From Camelus ferus (taxonomy: Eukaryota), in assembly GCF_009834535.1 (NCBI RefSeq), contig NC_045696.1, positions 47,246,001 through 47,310,000 of the forward strand: a DNA stretch of 64,000 nt, read 5' to 3'. The position numbers were made by a program, and so were the translations under genes. Positions 13,328 through 27,800 of the stretch are shown here, in pieces; the stretch's first letter is position 1, and each line of letters starts with the position of its first letter. Below the pieces are notes generated by a model. The model was not told the DNA's origin and did no database searches. It saw only the letters and a list, made by a program, of their open reading frames with translations.

Positions 13328-13686
13328 TATCAAATCCTGTCACTTCCAGGGTGCTCAGCTTCTTCCCTTCCCAGTTCTACCAGTGTGATTTGAGGATGAG
13401 CACATTTGTCAGAGGACTTGATGTGTAGATGTAAAGTGATGGTTTCATGTTCGTCATAAAATAAGCTTAAGAGAAGGAGAATTAATAAAGAAGTTTGTGG
13501 TATTTAAATGAGGATGAGTTATAAAAGTATCATAGTATATTTAAAAATTACTCTATGTGTTTAAAAAATAGTGGTTATCTCTGGTGGTGGGATTATGGAT
13601 TCTTTAAAAAGTTATTTTGCATCTCTATATTTTCTAATCTTCCTATAATAAGCATGCATTTTTGTGTAATAAAAAGTTAAAATAAG

Positions 13687-13838
13687 GGGGCAAAGGTATA
13701 GCTCAAGTGGTAGAGTGCTTGCTTAGCATCCACAAGGTCCTGGGTTCAATCCTCAGTACCTCCTCTAAATAAATAAATATGTAAACCGAATTACCTCCCC
13801 CCACAAAAAATAAGTAAATAAATAAATAATTTTTTTTA
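13687..13838 (+). mobile_element. tRNA-derived SINE (camelid Vic-1-like, long form)
   Basis: A box tagctcaagtggtagag, B box gggttcaatcct, AATA/C-rich tail; perfect 16-bp TSD aaaaagttaaaataag at 13671-13686 and 13839-13854. Confidence 0.9.
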
Positions 13839-14214
13839 AAAAAGTTAAAATAAGATGCTAGTCAGTATGGGTGTAAATTAGGGCCATAATGGGTCTATGT
13901 CTTTATATATATGTATATATAATATGCACTATACACATACAGATATATAATTAATTTAACATATAAATAAGTCAAATGTATTATACACCTTTTTTGGGGG
14001 AGCTTGCTTTTGGCCTCTTGCCATAATACATATCAGATCTTGCATTTTCTTACCCTTCCACTCACGTCTTTTTTCTTGCTTTCATGCACCCCACACATGA
14101 CTCAGGTTAATAATTTAGAATTCATCCTTTGATATTTTCCTCCATTCTTAAATGCTCATGCAGATCCGCAAACACAACACACATTGCTATTGGCTACTTA
14201 ACAATATGGGATCA

Positions 14215-14960
14215 ATTATATGTGGGTCTCTAGGTCTTGCTTTCCTCACTCAATAATATGTCATCGAAAACCTGCCAAGCCAACTGCTGGAACTCTAATT
14301 CCTCATTTTAATAGCTGTATGATATTCCATGGTGTAGATGTACCATAATTTATTCAGCAATTCCCCTACTGAAGTTTCTAGTTTTTTTTTAACCATTATG
14401 AAAAATATTACAATTGACATTATTGTACATGTGTCATTATCCATAGTTTTATTTCTTTGTGAAAGTGTCCCAGAGTGAGATATTAAGTCAAAGAAAATGC
14501 ATCTAAAATTTTAATAGATATTGCCAGACTGTTTTCCAAAGGCAGTAATACTTAACAATTTCACCAGCCATGTATGAAAGTACTCTTTTTCCTGCATTAC
14601 TGACAGTAATCAGCATTCTCAGTCTTTTTAATTTTTGACAATCCAATAAGTGTAAAGTAATATCTCATTTTAACTTTAATTTCATTTTCCTGCCTATTAA
14701 AGAATTTGAGCATCTTTCCAAAAGCTTGTCAGTCATTGGAGTTGTTTATTCTGTCTGTTTGTCTATTTTCCTGTGGGGGTACTTGCTTTTTCTTTTCAAT
14801 TTGCAATTGTTCTTTGTCAGTTTTGTGTCCTAACCCTCTGTCTGGCATCTGTATTATAAATTCAATTCATCATATCCTTCGTCTCCTGAATTTGTTTATG
14901 GTAAAGTTGTCTTATATTTTGATATAGTTAGATATATTTATCTTTTCTTTTTATAACTAG
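14215..14960 (-). mobile_element. Old L1 (L1M/L1ME-like) 3' fragment
   Basis: Reverse L1 motifs atattccatggtgtagatgtaccataatttatt, attgccagactgttttccaaa, gtaatatctcattttaactttaattt. Confidence 0.7.
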
Positions 14961-15029
14961 CAGTATTTTCATCTAGGCTTGGAGGATTATAAATGTTTAT
15001 ATTTAGCCAGTATTTCTTGGTAGTCCTAG

Positions 15030-15560
15030 TATTAGTTGCCAAGGGGAAGAACAACAATAACAAAATTGCCCTTTGCAAATGGACAAGTTGGGAACAGAAG
15101 ACTCCAAAATAACAATGACTTAAATAAGACAGAAGTTTACTTCTGCCATAAAGTGAAGTTAAGAAGGAGTTAGTCCAGGGCTTGTATGTATACCTCAGTG
15201 TAAGAGATCAAGTTTCTTCTTTCTCGATGCTCTGTCACTCATGGCTTCCACCCCTCAGGTCAGTTCATGAGTCAAAATCTGGTTGGAGACCCAGCCATTT
15301 TGTCCAAGTCCAGCCCAGAAGAAAGAAAAAGGAAAGATGGGCCAAGCCCTTTAAATTTTTTTTCTCAGAAATTGCTCACCACTTCCATTTACATCACATT
15401 AACATCACATTAAGAAGAATTTAATGACACTTAATTGCAAAGGATGCTTACATTTCCTTGGCCCCTAGTGAAGAGAGACTATAAAACAGTCTTTATTTCA
15501 GGTGGCCTCCTGCTCAGCTAAAAAATTGGAGGTTTATGTACTTTGGAAGGTGGGGGAAAT
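15030..15560. mobile_element. Old ERVL/MaLR-type LTR relic
   Basis: ccaaaataacaatgacttaaataagacagaagtttacttct motif typical of LTR33/MLT-like LTRs; family uncertain. Confidence 0.45.
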
Positions 15561-17426
15561 CTCATCACGAGAGCTTCAAAATAATAATCAGCTGAGAGAC
15601 TTTAAATGATTTGGGGGAAAATACATCTTTTACTACTCTAAATAAATAGATAAATAAATGATGAATCAACAGATTTATGGGTTCACTTCTAATATTTTTC
15701 CAGAGCTCATTTTCTTTCCCTAACCTCTCTCTTTCAACACAGACACTCTCCAATCATCATTTTCTTCTCTAGCCAGGTGGAACAGACATTTTAGCAGCTG
15801 ATGTCTACTTACTTGGAAAATTGCTATCAACCGATCTGACCCAGCACCACTGCATGAAGAGACTTTTTTTTCCTATCCATTGCTTGGGTTCATCAATTCC
15901 CCAATGTTCTCAAGAATCTGGAAACTTCCTTTGTGAGTCTGGTAAAAAAATCAAACAAAGAATCTACTGGTAGGGGGAAGCATATTCCAGCTAGAAGGGT
16001 TAAAACTGCTGGGTGTTTGTTTTTTATTGCTAGGTGTTCTTTAATGAGTGGCTAGATTCAAAGGAGTAACGTCTGTTTAGATGCTTTCATGTCTAGCTTA
16101 TTTTTTAATAAGATTGCACAAGAAATGTAAAAGAATGTTGCAAAAGAATGTAATAAATTTTTATCTTTAAGAAGTAAAGATAGGCAACACAGATAGCATG
16201 GTTTATAATGTGCGTCTGTTATCTGGTTGCCTTTTGAACCTAAGCGATAATTTTCAAAATATATTTCACCACCATTGACCATATATTAAAAATAATGCAG
16301 ACTTTTTGAGCAAATCAGGTCTCTAATTTTGAAATAAAATATCTGTATTATTAAAGAAATTGTCAGGGAGTTAGAATTAGGGTCATAGGATAGGCAGACA
16401 TGTATCTTTTGATTTTATTCTTTGATCATGTGTAATAGTAAGAAAAAAAGAAGAAATAAATATCCGGTGCTGAGCTTCTCATTTACAATTCCACTATCTG
16501 AAAACTGCATCTGTCATTCAACAGGATGACTTTCCCCTCATGACCGAAACTGAACTCAAATGCATGAAATGGGCCAATAAAGTTGGACTCTTAGGCAGTG
16601 ATGCTTCAATAAACAAACTCTCCATGCAGCATTTTATTTATCAGTTCATGCCACCAACATGTTAAGATTATAAATCATGAAAATCAGATTTTGCAGTTGT
16701 GAGGCATATTAGTCCTCAGATTTAACTGAAGATGGCAAAGTTGTCAAGTCTGACATTTTTCTCCTGTTCTGCTTCCTTCTCTTATATCTGTTCTCTCACT
16801 GGTGAGGTTAATATTCTCTGATCTTTCTACTCATTTCTAGTCAGTCCAGCTCCTGGTCTGCTTGTTGGGTGGCTGGGCATTGGGCTGTGTGTCAGTCAGG
16901 AGGCGAACACAGGTGAAAAAGGTAGGTCTCTGTCCTCCCGGGGCTTATGCTCTAGGGCAGAACCTCACAGCCCTGTGTTGAGACCCATTACAAATTATTT
17001 GAAATAGAATAGCAGTTGGAATGCTCATGTTTTCCAGTGATTTTTATTTAAAAATACAAATTAGAACAGATTTTTAGTTATCCATACATTAACACATATT
17101 GCATGCACTCAGTCACATATGTTTTCTCCAGTGGAAGCATCTAGCTGACACCTGGTCATAAAACATAGCCCATCTGACTTACGCCATGAGCCCTAAGCCT
17201 TGACCATATGAACATTAGTCATGTATGTGGCTGAGGAAAGAGGTGAGGACTGGACTTAGCTGGTGCACTTGTCTTAGTCAAAAAGAATATGAACAGATCA
17301 CATGCAGTGGGTGAAACTCACTTACATTCGTCTGTGACTAGTTCATCTTGAAGAGCTCTCAACTCCATTCTCACATCTTAGTACTCTTATTTCTAATTGG
17401 GGAAGTTCAAAAAGTATCCTGCTAGA

Positions 17427-17615
17427 AGCGGTTCTTCACATTTAGCATCTACCAAATGATCTAGAGGGTCTGTTAGAACACAGATTGCTCTGAGCCACCC
17501 CCAGAGTTTCTCTTTCAGCAGGTCTGGGATTGGGCCTGAGAATTTGCATATCCAACAGGCTTCCAGATGATTTTGATGCTGCTGGTCTGGGGTCTCATTC
17601 TGAGAACTAATGTGC
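17427..17615. mobile_element. MER5A-like hAT-Charlie element
   Basis: gcggttcttca...aggtctgggattgggcctgagaatttgcat...gatgctgctggtctgggg...tgagaactaatg. Confidence 0.8.
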
Positions 17616-18089
17616 TAGACTGAAGGAATTTCCTACAATAGTAAGCACGTGTGGAGATTCTGTTAAGCCACCAGGGCTTACTCTAGGCTCCTTAGACCAA
17701 CCTACACAACCAGCCCTAAAGACCAGGCTCAGTTAACCTTTCTCTGGTGACCTAGACAATGGCACATACTAGTGCTCCTCCTGGAAAGGCAAGGCTTCCT
17801 TCCCAGGGCAGCCTGCCCAGCACAGGCCTGTTGGAAACATCCTTCAATACCTCTCACTGCGAAGGACTCAGCTGTAGAGTCTATGTTTTATGAGGCGATT
17901 TATGTTATTCCCTATAATTTTTAATCATTACCTATCTCACCTCCAAGTAATACCTAGAATGCATTTCCATGATTACTATTTTGTGTTGACTGTGTCTCTG
18001 AACTTCTCAGTGTCTACAGTCATGAGGCCAATCTGCAGTTTGACAAATATGTCACCATAGACAAAACCTTGTTTTGGTTTATCAGAAGA

Positions 18090-18325
18090 GCCTAGAGCTT
18101 AAGTAGTGGACTCTGAGGTCAGGCTGCATGAGTGTGAATTCCGACTGTTCTAACCAGGTGACACTGGGCAAATTCTTTATTCTCCCTGTGCCTTAGTTTT
18201 CTCATTCGTATTATGCCTATATCATAAGGTTTCTATTTTGAATAAAATAGCATCTAGAAAGTCCTAAGAATAGTACATGGAAAAGAGAAGGTATTTAATA
18301 AGTGGCAACAATTATTATTATTATA
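18090..18325 (+). mobile_element. MIR SINE
   Basis: ggactctgaggtcaggctgcatgagtgtgaattcc...ctgggcaaatt...tgtgccttagttttctcatt. Confidence 0.7.
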
Positions 18326-19689
18326 AAATAACTGAAATTATATTGGAGCATATGTAAGTATAATTTATTCAGCTTCTCATTAATCAAAGATGGCCATATC
18401 CTAGCAAGACTAATAGATAGGCATATAATGAATTTCTCTGGATCTTAAACTTCCTTCAACAGTCTTCATGGTGAAACAAGTTGAGCTCACAGACACACTA
18501 AAATTGGGAATAATGGCTGTTTCTTTCTGCACTCAGTCACTACTATGGGTTTCGAACAACATGGTAAGGACTTTTGTCCTTAAAAAGCAATGACCCAGTT
18601 TAGGAGGTAGAGCATATATCTCAACTCAATTCAAAGCACTAAGCTCCCACTGAGTAGGGTGGGAAGATCTAAGTTCCAACAAGACTGTGAGTGCTGTGTT
18701 ATCATCTCCTGTTTCATAGGGGGAGGAATTGAGCCTTGGGGAGGGAGATGACTGCACAAGGTCATAGTGCTAATATCCAGCAGAATCAGTGAGCAAAGTC
18801 AGGCAGCCTGACACTAGAGGCCATGTTCTTAACCATGCTGGCTCCTTGTCTCTGGACTGCTCCCAGAGACAACTACTTTTAGTAAATAATTAGGATTACT
18901 GCAGGCTTGTTGTCAGTGAAAATAGAGAAGGTGACATTACATACTCCATCCTACGGGGTACAGATAACAGACCTGGTATAGTGGAAAATTTCAGCACTGT
19001 GACTCTTGGTGTTTGAGAACAGGGAAGTGAGAAGTTGTGGGTTGTTGGACTGGACACAGAGCACGCAGAATAAAATCACACGGAATGTTTTACCATCTGT
19101 CTGGATTTTTTAAAAGTAGGCTGACTACATTTATAATGTCATATCATGATTACTCAGAAATTACATCATAGCCTATTTTTATTCTGTCATATAGTCATTT
19201 GTGTGCTGCAAATTAAGACAAGCAAGAATAAAACTCCAGGCTCCTACTGTCAGGCTATTTAGCATTGTTAGACAAATTACAAACATATGTGGAATGTCCC
19301 CCACTGCCCAGTATTTGTGCTAAGCTTTTGGGGAAAAAAAATATAAAGATATCAGAGATAGTTTCCATCCTAAAAGAGCATGTGATCCTAATGGTAAGAT
19401 GAGGTAAATGCAATTAAAATTACCAGACCAAAATAGTGGATCAGGTAAAAGGAAGTTAGCTAGGAAGACAAAGTTGTGTTGATAGGATGGGAAACCTGTG
19501 GATAAAGAGGTAGAAACCTGCAAGTTGTATTTAGTCATTCTGCCTGCAACAGGACAACACATTTGAAATTTAGACTGAGGGCAGATTGTGGAAGGCTTTG
19601 GCTATCTGGCTAGGGAGTTTAGATTCTGTGCTAGATTTTTAAAAAATTATTTTTTAAAAAATATTCTTTTAAGGGCTGAATACATTTTT

Positions 19690-20600
19690 CAAACAAACTA
19701 TGATATAAGCCTTTTGATTGAATCTTCTGCCTTCAGCAAAATGGAGAAATGTAGATTTATCATCTCACCTAGAACAACTAAGAAGATGTGCTACAATGGT
19801 TCTCTAGTCATCAGCCAATAAGCAACAAAGGGCAATGATCCTTTAGAGATGAAACTTAAACAAGGTGAGACCCCCTCATAGCCCCAGGTGACTGCTTAAG
19901 AGTTTCCAGGCCAAGCAGGGCTCAGGGAGTTTTCAGACTAAGCCTAGCAACCTGCCTGAGTTAAGGAGATGGAGCTGGGAGTCTGAGGTGGCCAAGGTGG
20001 CTAGAGTTCATAGAGCAGAGAACCGGAAAGGGGAGCACTGCTCAGAGAGCTCTGGAGACCTACAGAGGATCTCCCTCAAGTCCTCAGCTGAGTAGTGATC
20101 CATTTGGTGTGTAAAGAAAGAACTACCCAAAAGGATTAGAGGACAATCCTCAGAGCTCACCAGAAATAGTTCCTGTTTCCCCAAGCCAGAGTGGAAAATC
20201 CCATACTTCGTGGGAAATCAGGAAGCGTGCTAACAAGTTGTGCCCTAGACTAAGCACTCTGTTACTTTTCCCCACAAAGCTTCAAAATCAGAATTGAAAG
20301 ACTAGGTTTCCAGGTAACTTAACTGCATACCCAGAACAAAGCTCAAAAATGTTTATAGTAATACAAATACGTCCAGCACCCAACAAGCTAGAATTCTGGC
20401 ATCCAATTAAAAATTACCAGGCATTCAAAAAAGCAGGAAAATACAGCTTAAAATTGGAAGAAAAATCAGTCCATCAAAACTGACCAAAAATGACATGGAT
20501 GATAGAATTACAAGATAAGAATATTATAACAGTTATTATAACTGTATTCCATATGTTCAAGAAAACAGAAGAAAGATTGAACATGATACATAGAGCAAGA
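19690..20600 (+). mobile_element. Old L1 5' UTR/ORF1-start fragment
   Basis: aaaattaccaggcattcaaaaaagcaggaaaata...gatagaatta...ataactgtattccatatgttcaaga is typical of L1M 5' regions. Confidence 0.65.
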
Positions 20601-21351
20601 AATAGCTGCTCTGGTTCAAGAACTGTTAATGTTAAATGAGCAAAATCATGTGGTTCAGTGAAGCACAGATTGAGAATTATTGCTCTAGGCTATCAGAAGC
20701 CATTTTAGACTTTCCAGCAAAATTTGATATGAAAATAGTGGTATTTTAGGAAGATTGAATGGATAATGAGATTCAGGATGGAATTGATGGGAAAACTAGG
20801 AGCAAAGATTTCAGGCAGGAAGTAACTGTAATAATTCAACAGGGAAATGAGATTTTGACCTAAAAGAATAATGAAAATAGAGGCAAGAAAACAATTTTTT
20901 CTTTTTAATTTACATGTTGTTACTAAGGAGCACCTAGTGTCCCTGGTAGTTTGTCCATTTGAAGGGAAGGATTAGTGGGGCTGTCTCTTAGGCTGATGAC
21001 TTTGTAAGACTGCAGGATGGCATTCAAGCACATTTCAGTACACTCTCAGAGCTACACTAGGTGTCTTAGAACAATGTAAAAAAATAGGCATTATCTTTGA
21101 AATTTCGAGACGATTGTGTCTTTTTTTTAGAGGTAAAAAAAGAATCATTCACATGATGTATGAAGGATAGTACTGTAATGGTGCTTGGTTTTAATTAAGT
21201 ATAAGCTGATCGATTGGGGTCAAACTTTGTGACAAACCAAGTTATGAAGGAAGAGACATGGATTTAAGTAGAGGACATTACATGCACAAAGACACCAAGA
21301 ATAAAACAAGCAGCTTAGGAAATGGAAGGTGGTGAACTAATGCCTAAGACC

Positions 21352-21676
21352 AGGGTAGCCCAATAGCAGCAGAACACAAGCCGCATGTGTAGTTTTACAT
21401 TTTCTGGTGGCCACATTTAAAAGGGTAAAAACAGACAGGTGAAATTAATTTTATTAACTAAACAGGTAATGTATTTTATTTAAATCCATATATCCAAAAT
21501 ATGCGGGCAATCTAAAAATGATTAATAAGAAATTTTACATTGTTTTAATATGAAGATACACATGTATTAATGTGGTGTGCATTTTATCCTTATAACACAT
21601 CTCAGTTTGGACACATTCCTTTTCAAGTGCTCATCACTGCATGTGGCTAGTAGCTCTTGTATTCAGCAGTGGAGCC
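21352..21676. mobile_element. MER3/MER33-like hAT-Charlie element
   Basis: ttttctggtggccacatttaaaa...caggtgaaattaatttt...ttcaagtgctcatcactgcatgtggctagtagct. Confidence 0.7.
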
Positions 21677-24360
21677 AATAAGCCTCAGGCAGCCGGCTCT
21701 TCTTTCTTCAATTTTTTTTTTTCCATCTCTATTAAGTGCAAGATACTTCCCCTACCCAGGGAGATTCTGGTCTCTCAAAGCATCACGCACAGATCATTGA
21801 ATAGAAGATAGACCCATACAAATGTTTTTGTGCAAGTAGTCTCTAGTTATTGCTTGTGGAAATAAAGGAGGGGGTGAGTGGAGTTAGGTTCCAAGTGATT
21901 GTAATCCAGGGCCAAGGTGAAAATAAACGTGTATGGAGGAAAATGAGGCTAAGTGTATATGCAATTTGGTTCCAATTTCTACTCTAATTCTGTACCCTTG
22001 GAATAATTACTTATCATCTCTAAGTATCAAGATTCTCAGTATAAAGGAACACGCAGAAACACTTGGAATATATAGTGATATAAAAACAAAATAATAATAT
22101 TACTTTCTCAATTACATGGCTTTTTTTTTTTTTTTTTTTTACATAAACAGTTAAGTGAGTCTCAATTGGAAGGAAGGTGAGGAGAGCAACTACTATCTCC
22201 ATGTTGTTGAGAAGAAGGTATTACGGGTCACTCCATGGGGCCTGATCTGCCTCGGGGTAGCAGCCAGTCTGCTCTCCAGATGCCAGTGCCCTTGGCCATT
22301 CCCACCCTGTCCAGAAAGGGTAGGCAATTTCCCTAAAGTAACAAGCTGGTGCCAGGATTTGTTTTTAGATATTCTGTGTCCCAGTCCTCACCCGCTTCTC
22401 CCCACTCTTCCACAGCCCTCCCCCAAGGATGTGGACTTGAGATGTGACCAAACAACTGCATCACAGGGAAGGAATTCTAGATGCCATAGAGGTGAAGAGA
22501 GAAAAACTGGAAAATAACTCAGATTTGATGCGGAAGCTTTTCCCTCATCTTAGAATAAGCAATTTCAGGGCAGCAGTCAAAAGGAAGAGAACCTTGTTTA
22601 GGAGATAAATTTTTGTTTTGGATGATTCGTTCTTCCTAATCTCAAATTATGTATCTTTTGTGACTACTTCAATTCAGATATAGCAAAACTATAAAACATT
22701 TTAAAGAGATTTTTTCTTTTTTTTTTTTTTTTTCATGAGTTTTGAACAGGACAGGCGAAATGAGCAAGGCTAAGTTTGATCTGGAGAGTAGAATACCCTA
22801 GAGGAGGTCCGAACAGCGAGCAGCAGAAAGAAGTCCAGGTGAAAGCAAGTGACAATTTCAGGGACTTCTGGTATGTAGGGAGGGTTAAAAACAACTACTG
22901 AATTTATGTTCAGAGAACCCAATCTCCCATCATAGTTGATTATTTACTAGCTTGGGGACCCCAGGCAATTTATTTTATTCTTCTGAGCCTCTGTAATTAA
23001 ATTAAATTGGAGTACTACCACCATGCTCACCTGAATATTTTTGATGATCAAAGAAGAGAAGGTAAGAAGTGGTTTGTCAAAGGTAAGCTCCTACACAGGT
23101 GTTGGTTATGATGATCGTGCAGGTGGCAGACATGCTTGAATCCTTACAGCACAGGGCAGGAAGTCAGACTGTGGGAGTCAGGCTGTATTTCTTGCAAGAC
23201 CTGGGGAGTAGACAAGGTTCCAATTGTGGAGGAATTAGGGTTCTATATAGAAAACTAAAACACAGGTGGCAGGTCAGGAATACATTTATTAGCATTTGTT
23301 TTTAAAGGTGGGATTTAATGGAAAGACAAAAGCCTAAGTAGTGGGATCTCGGTATCTGATTAGAGCTAGATCATCAGCAAGTCCCACCACTCTGCCTCAT
23401 CCTGCAGGGTTTTTAAGTGGCTCTTGACCAAAGCCAAGACTGACCTCAGATTGCTGGGTGGGGCTGAAACTATAGATGAGAGAGACCATGCACTCCTAGA
23501 TTTGGTGGTAAAGAGAGATACTAGTTGGAGAGCCAAGATCATTTTTACTATAAGCATTAAAAAACAAACAGGCAAAAACCACTTACTCTGAAAATGATAA
23601 GCCTGTAAATTTAAAGAGCTTTTTGAAACACTCCTACATTCTATTCATGGGTCACTACCAGAGCATTTCTCATCATTAATCCAGGGAGTCCAGTGAAATA
23701 TATAATCCTTCCCCAGCTGCTGCAGAAATAATCACACTGCTTAGTAACAATACTAATGAGGCACCTAGGTCCTTTAAGAAAGCTGAATGATAGTAATCAT
23801 CAAAGGACACTTCAGAAAACTCTCATGTAATGATAAAACACGATGTCAGCTGCATTAATTAATTTTAACTGGCAAATAGAAAATTAGACCAGTCTATTTG
23901 ACAATACATTATCTTCCGATAGGTTTATCCTTAGAAGAATGCCTGATAACAATGCTATTAAAACAACGACATCCAAAACTAGAGTAAAATCATTTGGTCT
24001 TTCATTAGTTCAGAAAAGGCAAAGTACTTAATTATTATTAAACCAGACACTGGTTTAATTTTTTCTCTTAATTTTTATCAAAGTCACATGGTAAGAAATA
24101 TTGATTATTAATTATTCTCTTTACAAATTGTTAAAGAGGTTTGTACAAGAAATCTTCAAACCAAGGTAAGAGAAAACTTCACTATTTTCTTTTTGAGATG
24201 GCAACTTTTGATAATGTGCTCCTGACATTTGAGTCACTTCAGCATTTCTACTTTATCAAAATTTAACGTAATATGGCTCCTCATGGCACCTGACATCAAC
24301 TGGGGTCTATTATCTCAAAACAAGTGTGGAATAAGACAACACAGCATTTATACTGTAAAA

Positions 24361-24554
24361 CAGTAAATTTCAAAGTATGGTCCCCAGATCAGTACCGTTA
24401 GCATAACCTGAGAACATGTTAGAAACGGAAATTCTTAGACCTATCCCAGACCTTCTGGATCAGAAACTGGAAATGGGTCTCATGGTCCCAGCACTTTGTA
24501 GTTTAACAAGCCCTCCAGGTGATTTTGATGGACTCTCACATTTGAGAACCACTG
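24361..24554. mobile_element. MER5A-like hAT-Charlie element
   Basis: cagt...tcaaagtatggtcccc...ttaacaagccctccaggtgattttgatg...ttgagaaccactg. Confidence 0.8.
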
Positions 24555-24775
24555 TCTAAGGTACTAACAATGTGAGAGCCCAGTAGAAAGGTACTGGATG
24601 GTTTTTGTTGTTGTTTTTTGTAACTAGGGTAAGCATGCTGGGAAAAAATATGAATGAGTAGACTTTTTAGATAGTCTTATGTTAATAAGCTGGACAGAGA
24701 GAAAGCATCCAAACCTGACAAAAGCATCAAGAGCCATGAGCCCCCCCCTCCCAATTCAGGATAGTTGGCAAGGGT

Positions 24776-24783
24776 TATTTATA
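24776..24783 (-). promoter_or_regulatory. Candidate TATA box (TATAAATA) for an upstream non-coding MYH15 exon
   Basis: Minus-strand gcaTATAAATAaccc in an apparently repeat-free block upstream of the MYH15 coding exon; function is inference. Confidence 0.3.
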
Positions 24784-26509
24784 TGCATAATGACATTTCC
24801 TTTGCTGTTTTTGTTGCCTCAACAAATAGCGTTAGAAGACACTTGCATGCTCAAGACAGGAAGAGCAGGAGGGAAGGGGTGGGTGATATCTGAAATTCAG
24901 CTTTTACATTATGATGCTAAATCTGTGTTTGACTCCTGCTTACTGTTTTTATTTGTTCTTAATTGAATATAACCCAGAGAGAAGGGAGGGTGCATGACAA
25001 CTCCTCCAAACCTCTAACAAAGACAGTAAAATCACAGGAGACCTAACTCTGCAACCTACAGCCTATGAGGAATACATGAATAATATCCAATAAAATAAAA
25101 TAAAAACATTGGAAGGATCAGAGATAATTCACAAAAGTCGAAAGGAATATGAGTGTAATTGTCAGGGTTCCACCAGGAAAGCAGAGTATCATGGAATAGG
25201 GGATTATTGTAGGAATAAGAGGAATAATTGCAGAAGATGGTCCCCATCAAAGGGCAAGCTGGTGGATCAGACAAGCTCCTAGCCAACCTCCTGAAACACT
25301 GAAGCTAGTTGGAAGCTTGAAAGAGAATCTAGGCAGTTGCCAAAAGGAGACCGTGGTGGAAAGCTGGTGATGTCTATAGGAAGCTGCTGCCTCCAGGTGT
25401 GCTGGTGAGCCTGGGGGCTGGGCTCAGCAGGACTGGCCAGTGGGAAGATAAGCTGCACCCAGAGCAGAGATAGTGAAGATAACTTGGATCCCCTGGTTTC
25501 TTCACATCTTTCTCTCACCACACCTAACCATGGAAACCTTCAGAAGGTAACAACAGTTGCTTTGTCTCTGCCTTCCAAATCTTCAGTAGTTTCTCTATGG
25601 ACTAACTCTAATCCTAAAGCTTAAGAAGGGGTTCTGGGAAATATACTTCCAGCCATACTTAACTTACAAATAAAGACAACAGAAAAATTTTCCTTACATT
25701 GATTCAACTATGCCTGTACAAACCAAAACTCACCCTCTCCCCAGAGGACACAGAGTTCCATGTCACCTCAGTCACGGTGATGTCCATTCTTCTTTGAGAT
25801 GAATCACACCACCCCTTTGATATCCTGTAATCTAAATACAGACTATAAGGTTAACCACTCTTAACACATCTAAGGTTGTAACAGAGGAATGGAAGGTGGG
25901 AGAAGAACAAAGAAAAAGAACTGAAATAGAAAATACATACATTCATTTCAAAGGTGCGGTGAAGTACTCATAGCTACTACAGTCCCTGCTTTTGTAACTG
26001 AACATGTGGTCCATTGCCGGCATTTCTGTCTTCCCTCTAGCACTATTTATCCCGTACCTCTTTGCTTTTAGTAAACACTTCAGCTGGCCACAGGTTGTGG
26101 CTTACAGGGGCAATGCAAACTGTCACTCTTAAAAGTCTGGAGTCACTAGCAGTATATGCAATTTTCCACTAATTTTGTCACAGACATAGAAGTACTGAGG
26201 CCCCTCAGAGGCTCTCCTGTATCCCAGTCATCGTCTTCCCTGTCTCCATCATGTATTGTGCAGGATCATTCATCTCAGCCAGTACAGTAACCCCTTCTTT
26301 TCCTGGTGGTCTACTGGCATTAGAAGCTCGAAGGACCAGGTGTTCATCTCAAATTCCAGTTTAAAAGAACATTTATTGTATCTCTTATAAAAATTTTACT
26401 CTGGGAACCAGCAACTCAAATCCAGCAGAGCCTAAGTTTGCAGGAACAGAAAGCTCAATTTCTGCTGCATCAGTGGGAATAGAGAAGCCCATCCTACGTA
26501 TATCGCTTG

Positions 26510-27800
26510 CAGAGAAAGCATTTGGTAAAACATTTAAATTCTTTTAAACTAAAAACAGAAACTTCTTTAATTTCATAAAGTATTTCTGAAAAAAACCCCC
26601 AAATAAATCATACTTAATGGTGAAATGTAAACATAATATTGTAGGAGGTTCTCTTGGATTCTTTTAAGGTCAATTCAGTAATAGTTTGGATACAAAATAT
26701 AAAACTGCTTACAGAAATCAACAGCTTTAATGTATATACCCATATATTTACTCAGAAAATATAATGGATGAAAAGGTGACAAAAAGTTAAAATTTAACAA
26801 CGTACAAAAACTATATACAAATAAAATATTATGGAAGGTAATAAAAGACTTGAATCCATGGAAAGGCATATCATGTTTCAAAAAAATTGACTTAACATTA
26901 TAGAGATGTCAATTCTAAGTAGTCTGTAAATCTAACATTATTCGAATAAAAAGTCAAAAAATTTTTAAATAAACAAGATGATTCTAAAATAACATGGAAA
27001 AAACTAATGAACAAGTATATTCAGGAAAATTCTTAAATAAAAAATGAGAGATTAGCTCCATTAAATACTAAAACATTTTCAAGCTGCAAAGTAGAAATAA
27101 GAAAAGGTTAAAATTAAAAAAAAATCTTCATAGAAAAAATACATCATAAACAAAAGTCAGAAAACTATCTGGGGAAAATATTTGCAATTTTTAATCATAG
27201 GTAGTTGGAAAATTTACTTACTAAACATTGCCTGCAATCTGATAGGGAAATGATGGATAACCCAAGAGAAAAACTGGAAAGGGATTAAGCAGTTCACAGA
27301 AAATGAAACAAAAAAAAAGTAATTTTTACATGTATGACAGTCATGAAAATTTAATACCAGAATAACTGATAATGTTTGATTACAATAAAATGATGAGGAT
27401 GTGGGGAAACAAACATTACCAATGGGATATTTTTAAGTGCACGTACATCTGGACCAAGTAATTCTACTTCAAATGACATTTGTATAAAGATATTAATAAC
27501 AGTCTTCATTACAGCAAAAGATGAAAAATAATTTCTATTCACTAATATGAGTTGAATAACAATAGCATATCTATCAGTGAAATATTATGAAATTGTCAAA
27601 AAGATCAAGAAGCTGTGTGTGTGCTGATACCCTGGAACATTTTCCTAGATATTGCGTGGTGAGAAAGGAAAGGTATAGAACAATATGTATAGAACATTTT
27701 CACTTCTGTAACCCACCAAAAACATGCATATGCATATACATGTTTGTATGTACTGTAACTTTCTTTAAGACTACATAAAGAAACTGGTAACAAATGAACA
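26510..27800 (+). mobile_element. Old L1 (L1ME-like) ORF2/3' fragments
   Basis: A-rich decayed ORF2 motifs (atcatacttaatggtgaaa, agagatgtcaattct, aacaagatgattctaaaat). Confidence 0.65.

Noticed and set aside
13687..13765. Possible tRNA genes here and at 61395 and 61638
   Set aside because: A/B boxes are present but TSDs, A-rich tails and degenerate stems mark them as SINEs
22155..22517. 120-aa ORF, and similar 100-143 aa ORFs at 3857, 5676, 7601, 8380, 46109 and 51805
   Set aside because: No recognisable homology or exon structure; several overlap repeats or use non-ATG starts
25030..26470. Probable ancient LTR/ERVL-like sequence
   Set aside because: Too diverged for me to assign family or boundaries without a search
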